In this document: positions 11,334 to 21,859 of the stretch, piece after piece | How positions within the stretch are numbered: position 1 is the first letter of the stretch | Layout: the number at the start of each line of letters is the position of its first letter | Origin: Desulfobacterales bacterium | GTDB taxonomy: Bacteria > Desulfobacterota > Desulfobacteria > Desulfobacterales > UBA2174 | DNA: 64,000 nt | Assembly (NCBI GenBank): GCA_963668645.2 | Contig: CAXXWC010000019.1 | Coordinates: 288,001-352,000, forward strand | Direction of reading: 5' to 3' | Translations under genes and position numbers: made by a program | Notes under the pieces: generated by a model | Databases searched by the model: none | Told to the model about the DNA's origin: nothing | What the model saw: the letters and a program-made list of their open reading frames with translations, nothing else

Positions 11334-12529
11334 TCGGATTCCTCTGTTTTCAGGGTAGCGGCGATGCCGGCCAGAAGCGATCCTTTGATCACGACGCCTT
11401 TGAGCCGGTTTTCGGCATCCACCACCGCCACCGGGAAGGACGACTCGGCCAGCAGCGGAAACAGTTCGATGGCCGGGGTATCCGGGCTGACGCGGTCGAT
11501 CTGGCGCCGCAGGACCGCATCCAGGGTCTTGTCTCCACGCTGGGCGGCCCGGGCCGCGTCTTCCGCCGTCACCAAGCCTTCCAGATGGCGGTCCTTGCGC
11601 ACAAAAATCGATGAAATCCCCGCCTTTTCCATCTTGCGCAGGGCCGCCTTGGGGCCGTCGCCGGGGTAGACGGCCACGGCCACGGCCTTTTTCATCACCG
11701 ACTCGGCGGTAATGATCTTGCTCATGTCCACGTCCTCGACAAAACGCGCCACGTAGTCGTTGGCCGGATTGGTGAGGATCTCCTCGGCGGTGCCCTCCTG
11801 GACGATGGCCCCGTCCTTCATCAGAACGATTCGGTCGCCGAGCTTGATGGCCTCGTCCAGATCGTGGCTGATAAACACGATGGTCTTTTGCACCCGGTCC
11901 TGCAGGTCGAGCAGTTCATCCTGCATATCGCGGCGGATCAGCGGATCGAGGGCCGAAAAGGCCTCGTCCATCAACATGATGTCCGGATCCAGGGCCAGGG
12001 CCCGGGCCAGACCGACCCGCTGCTGCATCCCGCCCGAAAGCTGGGCCGGCAACTGGTCCTCCCAGCCCTTGAGCCCCACCTGTTCCAGGGCCTTCATGGC
12101 CTGCTCGCGGCGTTTGGCCGCCTCTACCCCCTGGACCTCGAGACCGAACTCGGTGTTTTGGCAGACGGTACGGTGGGGAAAGAGGGCGAAGTTCTGAAAA
12201 ACCATCCCCAGATGTTTCTGCCGGAATTGGCGCAGTTCGTTTTTGGACAGGGCCGTAACATCCTGCCCGTCGATGACCACCTTGCCGGCGGTCGGTTCGA
12301 TGAGCCGGTTCAGGCAACGCACCAAAGTCGACTTGCCGCTGCCCGAAAGGCCCATGACCACGACGATTTCGCCTTCCTGGACCGTAAAGGAAGCATCGTA
12401 GACCCCCACAGTCTGGCGCGTTTCGGCGAAGATCTCGTCCTTGCGCTTGCCTTGCGCGATCAGTTCCAGCGCTTTTTCCGGATGATGGCCGAAAATTTTG
12501 GTCAGATGTTCAACACGGATCTTTTCCAT
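11330..12529 (-). CDS. proV: Glycine betaine ABC transporter ATPase with CBS domains (ProV/OpuAA)
   Basis: GLSGSGKSTL, LSGGMQQRVGLARAL, DEAFSALDPLIR, C-terminal CBS pair. Confidence 0.93.
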   Translation of the reverse strand: MEKIRVEHLTKIFGHHPEKALELIAQGKRKDEIFAETRQTVGVYDASFTVQEGEIVVVMGLSGSGKSTLVRCLNRLIEPTAGKVVIDGQDVTALSKNELRQFRQKHLGMVFQNFALFPHRTVCQNTEFGLEVQGVEAAKRREQAMKALEQVGLKGWEDQLPAQLSGGMQQRVGLARALALDPDIMLMDEAFSALDPLIRRDMQDELLDLQDRVQKTIVFISHDLDEAIKLGDRIVLMKDGAIVQEGTAEEILTNPANDYVARFVEDVDMSKIITAESVMKKAVAVAVYPGDGPKAALRKMEKAGISSIFVRKDRHLEGLVTAEDAARAAQRGDKTLDAVLRRQIDRVSPDTPAIELFPLLAESSFPVAVVDAENRLKGVVIKGSLLAGIAATLKTEESD

Positions 12530-12588
12530 GCAGGACCACTGGGCTCCTTAATAATGCGAATAAACGTTGATAAATACCGCCAGCCGAT

Positions 12589-13095
12589 TCAAAGCTCCCG
12601 ATTCACCGCCCCTGACGGGATAACCGGCGGATTCCGGTGCTTGCCCAGATCCATCAGCGCCACAAGCCGCTGCAATGCGCTCAAGATCATCGATTGCTCC
12701 CATCCTGGCAGGCGATTGAAGGCGGCGACAAAAGATTCCTGCATCACCGGCGGCGCTTCGGCAAGCACAACGCCAGCCCTCTCGGTGGCTCGAAGCAGGA
12801 CCCTGCGGCGGTCGATGTCGCTACGCTGGCGGATGATGAATCCCCGGCGTTCAAGCCTTTCGAGAATCCCGGTGACGGTGGCTTGACTCAGGCTGATGGC
12901 CTTGGCCACCTCGCCGGCGGTGGTGCCGCTGCGGCGTGTGATTTCTCTGAGAATGACCAGCTGCGGGCCGGTCAATCCGAAGCGCTTGGCCAGAAAACGC
13001 GAGTGAAGGTCGATGGACTGGATGATCTTTCGCAGACAGTCCAGCACCTGATCACAGACCTGGCCACAAGCCGTAAGGGAGGTTCTCTTTTCCAT
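12589..13095 (-). CDS. MarR-family regulator, EctR/CosR-like
   Basis: LRKIIQSIDLHSR.L...GLTGPQL, LSQATVTGILERLE.RG.I.R.RS..DRRRV. Confidence 0.85.
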   Translation of the reverse strand: MEKRTSLTACGQVCDQVLDCLRKIIQSIDLHSRFLAKRFGLTGPQLVILREITRRSGTTAGEVAKAISLSQATVTGILERLERRGFIIRQRSDIDRRRVLLRATERAGVVLAEAPPVMQESFVAAFNRLPGWEQSMILSALQRLVALMDLGKHRNPPVIPSGAVNREL

Positions 13096-13267
13096 TAAAC
13101 TTCCGCGATGCCACGATCATGTTCGGACCTAATCATTATAACATCAATAATCAGTTCCAACGCGTTTCTTTATTCGTCCTATAATTCTCTAAAACTTGGA
13201 ATATTATAAATTATTTTCTTGTAATCAAAGGCTATATCAATACTCAGCGACCAAATCAGACCCGAAA

Positions 13268-13296
13268 AAGATAGTTTGTATACAAATTTTTGTCAA
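13268..13296 (-). promoter_or_regulatory. Sigma70 promoter of the marR-proVWX operon with an embedded palindromic operator
   Basis: TTGACA-17 bp-TATCTT; perfect palindrome TTTGTATACAAA (13275-13286) in the spacer. Confidence 0.75.
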
Positions 13297-13634
13297 GGCT
13301 GATCAGCATAATTATCGATTTGAACAGGAATCGATAGCGCCCCACATCGATTCCTGTGCAGATTAAAGCCTTCCAGGATACGCGCAAGATTTTGATTTGA
13401 TTTCGGGCGGATAAATCTCTATTGGCCCGAGATAAGAGGTTCTGATGGTCAGCCGGTCTGATGACCTGCATTTTCCCTTGACATGATTCTAGGGTATGGT
13501 AGTAAACAATGGTCTATTCCCAGGTATCGATGCGCATCCCCGCGGATAGAGGCTTTGCGGGGTAACGGGCCGATTGAAAAAAGCGTCGAGTTCTCAAAGT
13601 ACTTCACACCACGCAAAGCAAGGAGGAGACTACC

Positions 13635-14765
13635 ATGGGCAAGCGCGTACTACTCGGTATTGCGGTGGCGGTGGGATTGTTACTCTGCGTCCAGCCGGTG
13701 ATGGCCGCCGACACCATCAGAATCGGACTCATGGCACCATTGACCGGAGCCTGGGCCAGCGAAGGCCAGGACATGAAACAGATCGTCGAGCTGCTGGCCG
13801 CAGAGGTCAACAGCCAGGGCGGGCTGCTGGGCAAAAAGGTTGAAATCATAACCGAAGATGACGGCGGAGATCCAAAAACCGCCGCGCTGGCGGCTCAACG
13901 ACTGGCCAACAGCGATATCGTGGCGGTGATCGGCACCTACGGCTCCTCGATCACCGAAGCGTCCCAGAACATCTTCGACGAAGCCGAAATTTTGCAGATC
14001 GCCAACGGTTCGACGGCCATCCGGTTGTCGGAAAAAGGGCTCAAATACTTTTTCCGTTCCTGCCCGCGCGACGACGAGCAGGGCATGGTGGCGGCCAAAA
14101 CGCTGGTCAACATGGGATTTAAGAAAATTGCCATCCTCCACGACAACACCTCCTATGCCAAAGGTCTGGCTGACGAGGCCAAGGGCCTGCTGGAAAAGCA
14201 GCCGGTCAAGATCGTCTTTTACGATGCACTGACCCCGGGCGAACGCGACTACAACACCATTTTGACTAAAATCAAGGCCGCCGGGCCGGATGTGGTTTTC
14301 TTCTCGGCCTACTATCCTGAAGCCGGCCTGCTGCTGCGCCAGAAAATGGAAATGGGCTGGAACGTGCCGTTCATCGGCGGGGATGCCACCAACAACCCGG
14401 ACCTGGTCAAGATCGCCGGCAAGGATGCCGCGGCCGGCTTCTACTTCTTGAGCCCTCCCGTGCCCCAGGATCTTGACAGCTCGGCGGCCAAAAACTTCAT
14501 GAACGCCTTCAAGAAGAAGTACAACGCCGAACCCGGCTCGGTCTGGGCCGTGCTGGCCGGCGACGGGTTCAACGCCGTAGCCGCCGCCATCAAGGGCTGC
14601 GGGTCGACCGAGAGCGCCAAGATGGCCGCTTACATGAAAAAGGACCTCAAAAACATGCCGGGGCTGACCGGCAACATCTCCTTCAACAACAAGGGCGACC
14701 GCGTGGGTGATCTGTACCGGGTTTACAAGGTCGCCACCGACGGCAAGTTCGTCCTGCAACCGTAA
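13635..14765 (+). CDS. livK: Branched-chain amino acid-type (HAAT) ABC transporter substrate-binding protein
   Basis: Signal peptide, APLTG..A..G, EDDGGDP..A, FFR.CPRDD.QG. Confidence 0.85.
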   Translation: MGKRVLLGIAVAVGLLLCVQPVMAADTIRIGLMAPLTGAWASEGQDMKQIVELLAAEVNSQGGLLGKKVEIITEDDGGDPKTAALAAQRLANSDIVAVIGTYGSSITEASQNIFDEAEILQIANGSTAIRLSEKGLKYFFRSCPRDDEQGMVAAKTLVNMGFKKIAILHDNTSYAKGLADEAKGLLEKQPVKIVFYDALTPGERDYNTILTKIKAAGPDVVFFSAYYPEAGLLLRQKMEMGWNVPFIGGDATNNPDLVKIAGKDAAAGFYFLSPPVPQDLDSSAAKNFMNAFKKKYNAEPGSVWAVLAGDGFNAVAAAIKGCGSTESAKMAAYMKKDLKNMPGLTGNISFNNKGDRVGDLYRVYKVATDGKFVLQP

Positions 14766-14801
14766 CCTGCCGCAAACGTGTCGCACACCGATGGAGTATA
14801 G

Positions 14802-14848
14802 AGACGCCGGTCCACTATGGCCTTTTGGCCGGGCCGGCGTCTTTTTTT
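14802..14848 (+). terminator. Terminator-like hairpin between livK and livH
   Basis: AGACGCCGGTCC...GGGCCGGCGTCT followed by a T run. Confidence 0.6.
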
Positions 14849-14903
14849 AGGGCGCGGCCTCGTCGCGCCGAACCCCTGCCACTTTGCCATACGGGGGAAC
14901 CCT

Positions 14904-15809
14904 ATGGAATTTTTCTTCCAACAGTTGACCAACGGATTGGCCGTCGGCGGCATCTATGCGCTGATCGCCCTGGGCTACACCATGGTCTACGGGGTGCTGA
15001 AGCTGATCAACTTCGCCCACGGCGACCTGTTCATGATCGGGGCCTACCTCGGCCTGACGCTGCTCACCGCCTTGGGGCTGGCCGATCACCTCGGACCCTT
15101 CGGGGTGATCGCCGTGCTGGCGGTAATGGTGCTGATGCTGGTGGCGATCCTGGGAGTGCTGCTCGAACGGATCGCCTACAAGCCGCTGCGCCAGGCCCAC
15201 CGGCTGTCGGCGGTGGTCTCGGCGCTGGGCGCTTCGATCTTCTTTCAAAACATCGTGATGGTGATCTACGGGGCCAAGTTCCGCGTCTACCCGCACGATC
15301 TTTTGCCGCGCACGGTGGTTCATGTGTTCGGTATGCCGGTCCCGTTGATCCGGATCCTGATCCTGCTTGCCTCGGTGTTGATGATGGTGGCGCTATACGC
15401 GTTTATCCAGCGCACCAAGGTCGGCACCGCCATCCGGGCTGCGGCCATCGATCAGGGTGCGGCCCGGCTGATGGGAATCAATGTCGACCGGGTCATCGCC
15501 CTGGTGTTCGTCATCGGCCCGGCCTTGGGCGGGGCCGCCGGCCTGATGGTGGGGGTCTACTACGGCCAGATCAACTTCACCATGGGGTGGATCTACGGCC
15601 TGAAGGCCTTTACCGCGGCCATCCTCGGCGGAATCGGCAACATCCCCGGCGCCATGGTGGGCGGACTGCTCCTGGGCGTAATCGAAGCCCTGGCAGCCGC
15701 CTACCTGTCCGTGGCCTGGAAGGACGCCTTCGCTTTTTGCGTGCTGATCCTGATTTTGATCGTACGGCCCACCGGTCTGTTGGGGGAACGGGTGGCGGAA
15801 AAAGTCTGA
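14904..15809 (+). CDS. livH: HAAT ABC transporter permease
   Basis: YALIALGYTMVYGVLKLINFAHG, KAFTAAILGGIG. Confidence 0.93.
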   Translation: MEFFFQQLTNGLAVGGIYALIALGYTMVYGVLKLINFAHGDLFMIGAYLGLTLLTALGLADHLGPFGVIAVLAVMVLMLVAILGVLLERIAYKPLRQAHRLSAVVSALGASIFFQNIVMVIYGAKFRVYPHDLLPRTVVHVFGMPVPLIRILILLASVLMMVALYAFIQRTKVGTAIRAAAIDQGAARLMGINVDRVIALVFVIGPALGGAAGLMVGVYYGQINFTMGWIYGLKAFTAAILGGIGNIPGAMVGGLLLGVIEALAAAYLSVAWKDAFAFCVLILILIVRPTGLLGERVAEKV

Positions 15810-15878
15810 TCCGCCGCGCCGCCGGCCGCTGAGGCCGGTGGCGGCCTAACTTTCAATCGCGGCGATGCGGGGAACCCC

Positions 15879-16838
15879 ATGAAGAACAAACGCTTCATCC
15901 TCTATGCAATCTGCACGGCACTGCTCTTGCTGTCACCGGCGGTGCTCAACCGGTATTGGACCGACGTGCTCAACGTCGTGGGCCTTTATGTGATGCTCTC
16001 TTTGAGCCTGAACATCATCCTGGGCCATTGCGGCATGTTTCACATGGGCCATGCGGCCTTTTACGCCGTGGGGGCGTACACCACTGCGATCCTCAATACC
16101 ATGTACGGGATCCCGGTCCTGTGGCTCATGCCCCTGAGCGGTCTTTTGGCCGGACTCTTCGCCCTGGTGATCGCCCGGCCGATCATCCACCTGCGCGGCG
16201 ACTACCTGTTGATCGTCACCATCGGGTTCGTGGAGATCGTGCGCATCGCCCTGATCAACAACGTCTTCGGGATCACCGGCGGGGCCAACGGCATCTTCGG
16301 CATCGACCGGCCGACCCTCTTCGGCGCCAAGATCAGCAAGCCGGCAGAGTTCTTCTACCTGATCTGGTTCTTCGTGGCCATGACCGTCTTTTTGTTTTAC
16401 AAACTGGAGCACTCGCGCTTCGGCCGAGCCCTGAACTTCATCCGTGAAGACGACGTGGCCGCCGAAGGCAGCGGGATCGACGCGGGCCACTACAAGCTGA
16501 TCGCCTTTGTCATCGGGGCGGTATGGGCCGGCTTCTGCGGGACCCTGTTCGCCGCCAAGATGACCATCATCGCGCCGGAATCATTCAACTTTTGGGAATC
16601 AGTGCTCATGTTCATGATCGTGCTGCTCGGCGGGCGTGGCTCGATTCCGGGCGTGATCCTGGGCGCCTTTCTCGTCGTCGGCCTGCCGGAACTGTTCCGG
16701 CAGTTCGCCACGGCGCGCATGCTGGTCTTCGGGGCGGTGATGGTCGGGATGATGATCTTCCGGCCAGAGGGGATCCTGCCGCCGCCGCCACGCGCCTACC
16801 GTCTCGATGACCTGGACGGGCCGAAGGAGGCATCATGA
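15879..16838 (+). CDS. livM: HAAT ABC transporter permease
   Basis: [30 protein letters not shown]. Confidence 0.92.
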   Translation: MKNKRFILYAICTALLLLSPAVLNRYWTDVLNVVGLYVMLSLSLNIILGHCGMFHMGHAAFYAVGAYTTAILNTMYGIPVLWLMPLSGLLAGLFALVIARPIIHLRGDYLLIVTIGFVEIVRIALINNVFGITGGANGIFGIDRPTLFGAKISKPAEFFYLIWFFVAMTVFLFYKLEHSRFGRALNFIREDDVAAEGSGIDAGHYKLIAFVIGAVWAGFCGTLFAAKMTIIAPESFNFWESVLMFMIVLLGGRGSIPGVILGAFLVVGLPELFRQFATARMLVFGAVMVGMMIFRPEGILPPPPRAYRLDDLDGPKEAS

Positions 16839-17599
16839 CCCTCTTGAAGCTGGAAAACCTCACCAAACGATTCGGCGGCCTAACGGCCGTCGACAACGTC
16901 AATTTCGAGGTCACCGCCGGCGCCATCGTCGGGCTGATCGGACCCAACGGGGCGGGCAAGACCACCGTCTTCAACCTGATCACCGGCAACTACCGAGCCG
17001 ACGAGGGAAATATCGTCTTCGACGGCCGTTCGATCCGCTCCCTGCCGACCCACAAGATCGTGTCTCTCGGCATCGCCCGCACCTTCCAGACCATCCGCCT
17101 CTTCCAGAAGCTCACCGCCCTGGAGAATGTCCTGGCCGGCTGCCACTGCCGGATGAAGGCCGGATCCATCGCCGGGATGTTCCAGCCCCCCGGCCAGCGG
17201 CGCGAGGAGCGTCAGGCCCTGGAAAAGGCCGTATCCGAGCTGCGTTTCGTCAAACTCGAACACCAGGCGATGAACTTGGCCGAAAACCTCTCCTACGGCA
17301 ATCAGCGTCTGCTCGAAATCGCCCGGGCCCTGGCCACCGAGCCGCGCCTGGTGATCCTCGACGAGCCGGCCGGCGGGATGAACGACCAGGAAACGGCCCG
17401 GCTCATCGACACGATCCGCCAGATCCAGGCCCGCGGGATCACCGTACTGCTCATCGAACACGATATGAGCCTGGTGATGAAGGCCTGCGAACATATCGTG
17501 GTGCTGGAAAACGGCGCCAAGATCGCCGAAGGCCCACCGGCGGCCATCCGGTCCAACCCCAAGGTCATCGAGGCATATCTGGGCACGGAAGAGGAGTGA
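16835..17599 (+). CDS. livG: HAAT ABC transporter ATPase
   Basis: [37 protein letters not shown]. Confidence 0.93.
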   Translation: MTLLKLENLTKRFGGLTAVDNVNFEVTAGAIVGLIGPNGAGKTTVFNLITGNYRADEGNIVFDGRSIRSLPTHKIVSLGIARTFQTIRLFQKLTALENVLAGCHCRMKAGSIAGMFQPPGQRREERQALEKAVSELRFVKLEHQAMNLAENLSYGNQRLLEIARALATEPRLVILDEPAGGMNDQETARLIDTIRQIQARGITVLLIEHDMSLVMKACEHIVVLENGAKIAEGPPAAIRSNPKVIEAYLGTEEE

Positions 17600-17603
17600 C
17601 GGC

Positions 17604-18317
17604 ATGCTGCTTAAAATAGAAAATCTGCACGTCAAATACGGCAACGTGGAAGCGCTGCACGGGATCGATATCGAAGTCGAACAGGGCGAGATCGTCACCA
17701 TCCTGGGGGCCAACGGCGCCGGCAAGTCCACCACCCTGATGGCGATCAGCGGGCTGGTCAAGGCCAGCCAGGGGGCCATCGTCTTCGACGGGCAGCCGCT
17801 GCACAAGATGGCGGCCCATGAGATCGTAAGCCGGGGCGTGGCCCAGGCGCCGGAGGGACGCCGGGTCTTCGGCATCCTGACCGTGCGCGAAAACCTTTTT
17901 CTGGGGGCCTATACCTCCAATGACCAGCAAAAAATCAACCGGAATCTCGAATGGGTTTTCGATCTGTTCCCGCGCCTCAAGGAACGCGAGAAACAGATGG
18001 CCGGCACCCTCTCGGGCGGCGAGCAACAGATGCTGGCCGTGGGCCGGGCCCTGATGGGCAGCCCGCGCATCCTGCTGCTGGACGAACCGAGCCTCGGGCT
18101 GGCGCCGCTGCTGGTCAAGATCATCTTCGACACGGTGCGCCAAATCAACGCAGCCGGCGTGACGGTGGTCCTGGTGGAGCAAAACGCCCGGGCCGCGCTC
18201 AAGCTTGCCAACCGCGGTTACGTGATGGAGGTGGGCAACATCGTACTCAAGGACTCGGCCGCCAACCTGCTGGCCAATCCCGAAGTCCAGGCCGCCTACC
18301 TGGGCGGCAAAAATTGA
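17604..18317 (+). CDS. livF: HAAT ABC transporter ATPase
   Basis: GANGAGKSTT, PEGRRVF, LSGGEQQMLA.GRALM, DEPSLGLAP. Confidence 0.93.
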   Translation: MLLKIENLHVKYGNVEALHGIDIEVEQGEIVTILGANGAGKSTTLMAISGLVKASQGAIVFDGQPLHKMAAHEIVSRGVAQAPEGRRVFGILTVRENLFLGAYTSNDQQKINRNLEWVFDLFPRLKEREKQMAGTLSGGEQQMLAVGRALMGSPRILLLDEPSLGLAPLLVKIIFDTVRQINAAGVTVVLVEQNARAALKLANRGYVMEVGNIVLKDSAANLLANPEVQAAYLGGKN

Positions 18318-18781
18318 TGCACCCCATGAGCCGCTGCCGCTTCCGGGCCGGCCGATGAACCCATCCCGCAGAACGGGTTCGATTGCCCAGCAAAACACAT
18401 AATTGTTGTTTTACAAGAACGAAATGCCATTCTTGTATTATACAAATAATCAAATAACAGATCTGCAACTTCTTTCCCGTCCCCCCACCCGCCCATACAT
18501 GCCATCCACCTGCACACGCGGGCCGCTTTCCATGCGTGCGAAATCGGCGGCCGCCAGGATCTGAAGTCTGAGCGTAAAAATGGCAAGATAGGCCCGATCG
18601 GGGCGGCGGCTCTTTTCCAGCAGGTCGGCCAGCATTGCCACAGCGACCGCAAAGGACCTGCGCTTCTTCTCCGGTCAGGTACATGGAATCCGCGCCACCC
18701 GGTCTGCTTTTGGATCGACCTTGGTCAGCCAGCGCCGGCCCTTGCCGGGGTCCGGTGGTCTGAAGATCTGAATTTTTTAGA

Positions 18782-18848
18782 TTGACCCGCGATCCATTTG
18801 TGCTAACCTTCGCCTCAAGCCGAATTACAGGATTGGTGGTCTGATGAC
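18782..18848 (+). promoter_or_regulatory. Promoter and putative operator of the FadR-family regulator
   Basis: TTGACC-16 bp-TAACCT with TGn extension; downstream GGTCTGATGAC also occurs at 13455-13465. Confidence 0.55.
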
Positions 18849-19020
18849 TATGGACGGACCGGACAGCCGAATGCCCATCCTCGACAAGCGAAGTGTTGGT
18901 TCAGCCCGGTTCTCTCGCAGCCCTGCGCTACAAACGCAACGGCGGGGCGGCCAACGGCAGGCTCACCGGCCACGACGAACAGCAACGGCGCCCGGCGCGC
19001 CGAAAGGGAGAAAGCGGACC

Positions 19021-19776
19021 ATGAGCTTTGAGGCCATTCGCAAGAGTACGGCACCGGAGATGGTGGTCGAACAGATTCTGCAGAAACTCGAAACCGGGGA
19101 GTTGCAGCCCGGCGGCCAGCTGCCTTCGCAACGTGAATTGTCCCAGCTTTTCGGCGTGGGACGCAGTTCGGTGCGCGAGGCCACCAACGCTTTGGTGGCG
19201 ATGGGCTATATCGAGGTGATCCAGGGCCGCGGCACGTTCATCCGCCAGCAGCTTCCCGGCACCGATCCATCCACGGCAAAGCTCAAAAACGCCCTGGCGG
19301 CAGGCAACATTTTCGTGTTGATGGAGGCCCGCGAGCTGCTGGAGTGCAAAAGCTGCGAGCTGGCCGCCGAGCGGGCCGACGAAGCCCATCTGCGCCCCCT
19401 TGAAGAGGCCATTGACGAGGCCCGGGGGGCCGGCCCGGATGACTACCCGTGCTTTCTCAATGCCGATCTCAAGTTCCACTACGCCTTGGCCGAGGCCACG
19501 GACAACGAGGTCATCTGCGAGATGATGAAGCTGGTGATCGAAAAGGTTCTGGCCCACCACTCGAGCTTTCGCACCAAGTACCTGTCGGCCAATTTCCGGG
19601 AATTTTCCATCCAGAGCGCCGAACGGGTGATCGCCTGCCTGCGCGACGGCGACAGCGGCCAGGCCGCCGAATGGATGCGCCGCCACCTGGACGCCATCCG
19701 CGGCGAACTCAAGGACATCATCCCGGACGGTCCGGAGCGCAACCGGCTCGAAAAAGCAGCCAAAACGGAAACATAA
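19021..19776 (+). CDS. GntR/FadR-family transcriptional regulator
   Basis: wHTH LPSQREL...FGVGRSSVREA...GRGTF; FCD domain (D.KFH.ALAEA..N). Confidence 0.92.
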   Translation: MSFEAIRKSTAPEMVVEQILQKLETGELQPGGQLPSQRELSQLFGVGRSSVREATNALVAMGYIEVIQGRGTFIRQQLPGTDPSTAKLKNALAAGNIFVLMEARELLECKSCELAAERADEAHLRPLEEAIDEARGAGPDDYPCFLNADLKFHYALAEATDNEVICEMMKLVIEKVLAHHSSFRTKYLSANFREFSIQSAERVIACLRDGDSGQAAEWMRRHLDAIRGELKDIIPDGPERNRLEKAAKTET

Positions 19777-19856
19777 CCTGAAAACCAGCCCGTGGCCGGT
19801 TCTTGTTTACAAGCCCTGACCCAACCTTCCGCCCCACTCTGATTTAGAAGAACGAA

Positions 19857-20108
19857 TTACGACTTCACGGCAGCCTGGCGCGCGGCCAGGGCCATCGCCA
19901 CCTCTTCTTTGTATTCGAGGGCCGACAGGTGCCAGCGATGGCAAAGTTCCGGATCGGCGTCGCGATGAAAAGCGGCCTTGAGTTGCCTGATCGTCAGGTG
20001 GTCGTAAAGCCAGGCGCAAAGTGCGCCATCCTCCAGAAAGGCGGACGGACTCGCTTCCGGGTGGGCCGCCAGCAGGCGGTTGAGTTCATCGGCGGTTCGC
20101 GCATTCAT
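19857..20108 (-). CDS. Small hypothetical protein
   Basis: 83-aa ORF with protein-like composition downstream of pxpC; start uncertain. Confidence 0.5.
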   Translation of the reverse strand: MNARTADELNRLLAAHPEASPSAFLEDGALCAWLYDHLTIRQLKAAFHRDADPELCHRWHLSALEYKEEVAMALAARQAAVKS

Positions 20109-20192
20109 GGGGCCGGAGCATAACCCGGCGCCGGCCAAAAAGCCACCCCTTGCAGCCTCCGCCGGCCACGGCTGCAAAATCAGGAACGCCGA

Positions 20193-21140
20193 TCAGTGGC
20201 CCGTGCAAAGCAGCGTGTCGATCCAGTCCAGATAGGCCGTCCATTCCCGGTAAAGCACGTGAGCCTCGGCCAGAGTGATCCGGCGGAAAATGAAACTGTC
20301 CCCCGGCTTGGCCTGAGCCACCTTGAACAGGTCGACGGAGATCACCGTGGCGATCTTGGCGTACCCGCCGAGGGTCTGTTCGCAGAGCAGGATGATCGGC
20401 TGGCCGTCTGCCGGAACCTGGACGCTGCCCGGCACGATGGGCTCCGAGACGATACTCGCCGGCGCCCCCTGGTCGCGGATCAGGGGCGGTCCGCTGAGCC
20501 GGTAGCCCATGCGATCGGCCTGGGCCGTGACGGTGTAATCGGCCTCGAAGAACACCTGCCGGCCGGCGGTGAAAAAATCGTCCTGGGGACCGGGCACCAC
20601 GTGCAGCGCGGTGCGCTCGGTGTACAGCGGACGCCAGGGCAGCTGGCGCGGCCGCGCCAGCACGTCGCCCGTCCCACAGGCGAGCACGTCCCCATCGGCC
20701 AGGACCCGCCCCTCGAGGCCACCGAGCCGGCCACGAAGATAGGTCGCGCGGCTGCCCATAACCGGCGGCACCTCGATACCGCCGGTTATGGCCACATAAG
20801 CGCGGCATCCGTTCTCGGCCATGCCGATGTCAACCACGTCCCCGGGCGCGACGCGAATCGAGGTCCACCCCTGGGCAGGTCGCCCGTTGACGGTCAGGGC
20901 CGTGTGCGCACCGGTGACGGCGATGTCCGCCGGGCAGCAGACTTGGAAACAGGGCCCCAAGAGGGTCGCTTCGAGCACGGCGGCGGACGCCGGGTTGCCC
21001 ACCAGGCGGTTGGCCACCCGCAGGGCGAAACCGTCGACCGCCCCGGAAACCGGCACCCCCATGTGAGCGAAACCGAACCGCCCCCGGTCCTGAACGGTGG
21101 TGGCCGGCCCGGCGCAAAGGATCCTGAGAGCCTCTTTCAT
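20193..21140 (-). CDS. pxpC: 5-oxoprolinase subunit C (AHS2/KipA family)
   Basis: TTVQDRGRFG...GVP.SGA.D, MGSRAT, DRMGYRL, GSVQVP.DGQPIIL, GGYAKIA. Confidence 0.9.
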   Translation of the reverse strand: MKEALRILCAGPATTVQDRGRFGFAHMGVPVSGAVDGFALRVANRLVGNPASAAVLEATLLGPCFQVCCPADIAVTGAHTALTVNGRPAQGWTSIRVAPGDVVDIGMAENGCRAYVAITGGIEVPPVMGSRATYLRGRLGGLEGRVLADGDVLACGTGDVLARPRQLPWRPLYTERTALHVVPGPQDDFFTAGRQVFFEADYTVTAQADRMGYRLSGPPLIRDQGAPASIVSEPIVPGSVQVPADGQPIILLCEQTLGGYAKIATVISVDLFKVAQAKPGDSFIFRRITLAEAHVLYREWTAYLDWIDTLLCTGH

Positions 21141-21844
21141 GTCCCCTCACTCGCCTCGATGCGCGCGTAGTCCGCCTTGGAAATCGGCACGAAGCGGATC
21201 TTGTCCCCGGCACGGTAGGGGATCGGATCGGCTTTACGCGGATCGAAAAGCCTCATGGGAGTCCGCCCGATCAGCTGCCAGCCGCCGGGACTCGCCGCAG
21301 GGTAGATCCCGGTCTGGGCCTCGGCGATGCCCACCGATCCGGCCTCAACCCGCATTCGGGGGGTTTCCAGGCGCGGGGTATGCAGCCGTGGATCGAGACC
21401 GCCCAGGTAGGGAAAGCCGGGAGCGAATCCGATGGCGTAGATGTGGTAGGCGGTGGCCGCATGAATCCGGACCACCTCTTCAGGGGCCAGTCCGTGGTGG
21501 GTCGCTACGGCATCGAGATCCGGGCCGGCCTCGCCGCCGTAAAGCACGGGGATTTCCACCGTCCGGGCCGGTGCGATGCCGGCGGCGGGAAGTGCCGTTT
21601 CGAGCTCGAGCAGTTTTTCCCGCAAGGTTTCGGGTTCGATGCTCAGCGGGTCGTAGAAGACCACCAGGGAGCGGTAAGCCGGCACCACACGAATCACGCC
21701 GGCCGGCCGGTCACGCTCGATGACCAGCACCATGGCCCGCACCTTCTCGTTGAGCGCCTGATCGACCCCTTCGCCGTATTCCACCAGCAACGCCTGATCG
21801 CCGCAGATGCGAAATCGGGCATGTTCATAGAGGACGGTTCCCAT
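21137..21844 (-). CDS. pxpB: 5-oxoprolinase subunit B (AHS1/KipI family)
   Basis: VPAYRSL.V.YDP, IPV.YGG..GPDL, GFAPGFPYLG, TGIYP..SPGGWQLIGRT. Confidence 0.92.
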   Translation of the reverse strand: MGTVLYEHARFRICGDQALLVEYGEGVDQALNEKVRAMVLVIERDRPAGVIRVVPAYRSLVVFYDPLSIEPETLREKLLELETALPAAGIAPARTVEIPVLYGGEAGPDLDAVATHHGLAPEEVVRIHAATAYHIYAIGFAPGFPYLGGLDPRLHTPRLETPRMRVEAGSVGIAEAQTGIYPAASPGGWQLIGRTPMRLFDPRKADPIPYRAGDKIRFVPISKADYARIEASEGT

Positions 21845-21859
21845 GACAGCCGTTTTTCC

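Noticed and set aside
18320..18780. Small gene or ncRNA in the livF-fadR gap (AT-rich patch with a TACAAGAA-N10-TTCTTGTA inverted repeat)
   Set aside because: No convincing RBS, protein motif or RNA family was recognised, so support is insufficient.
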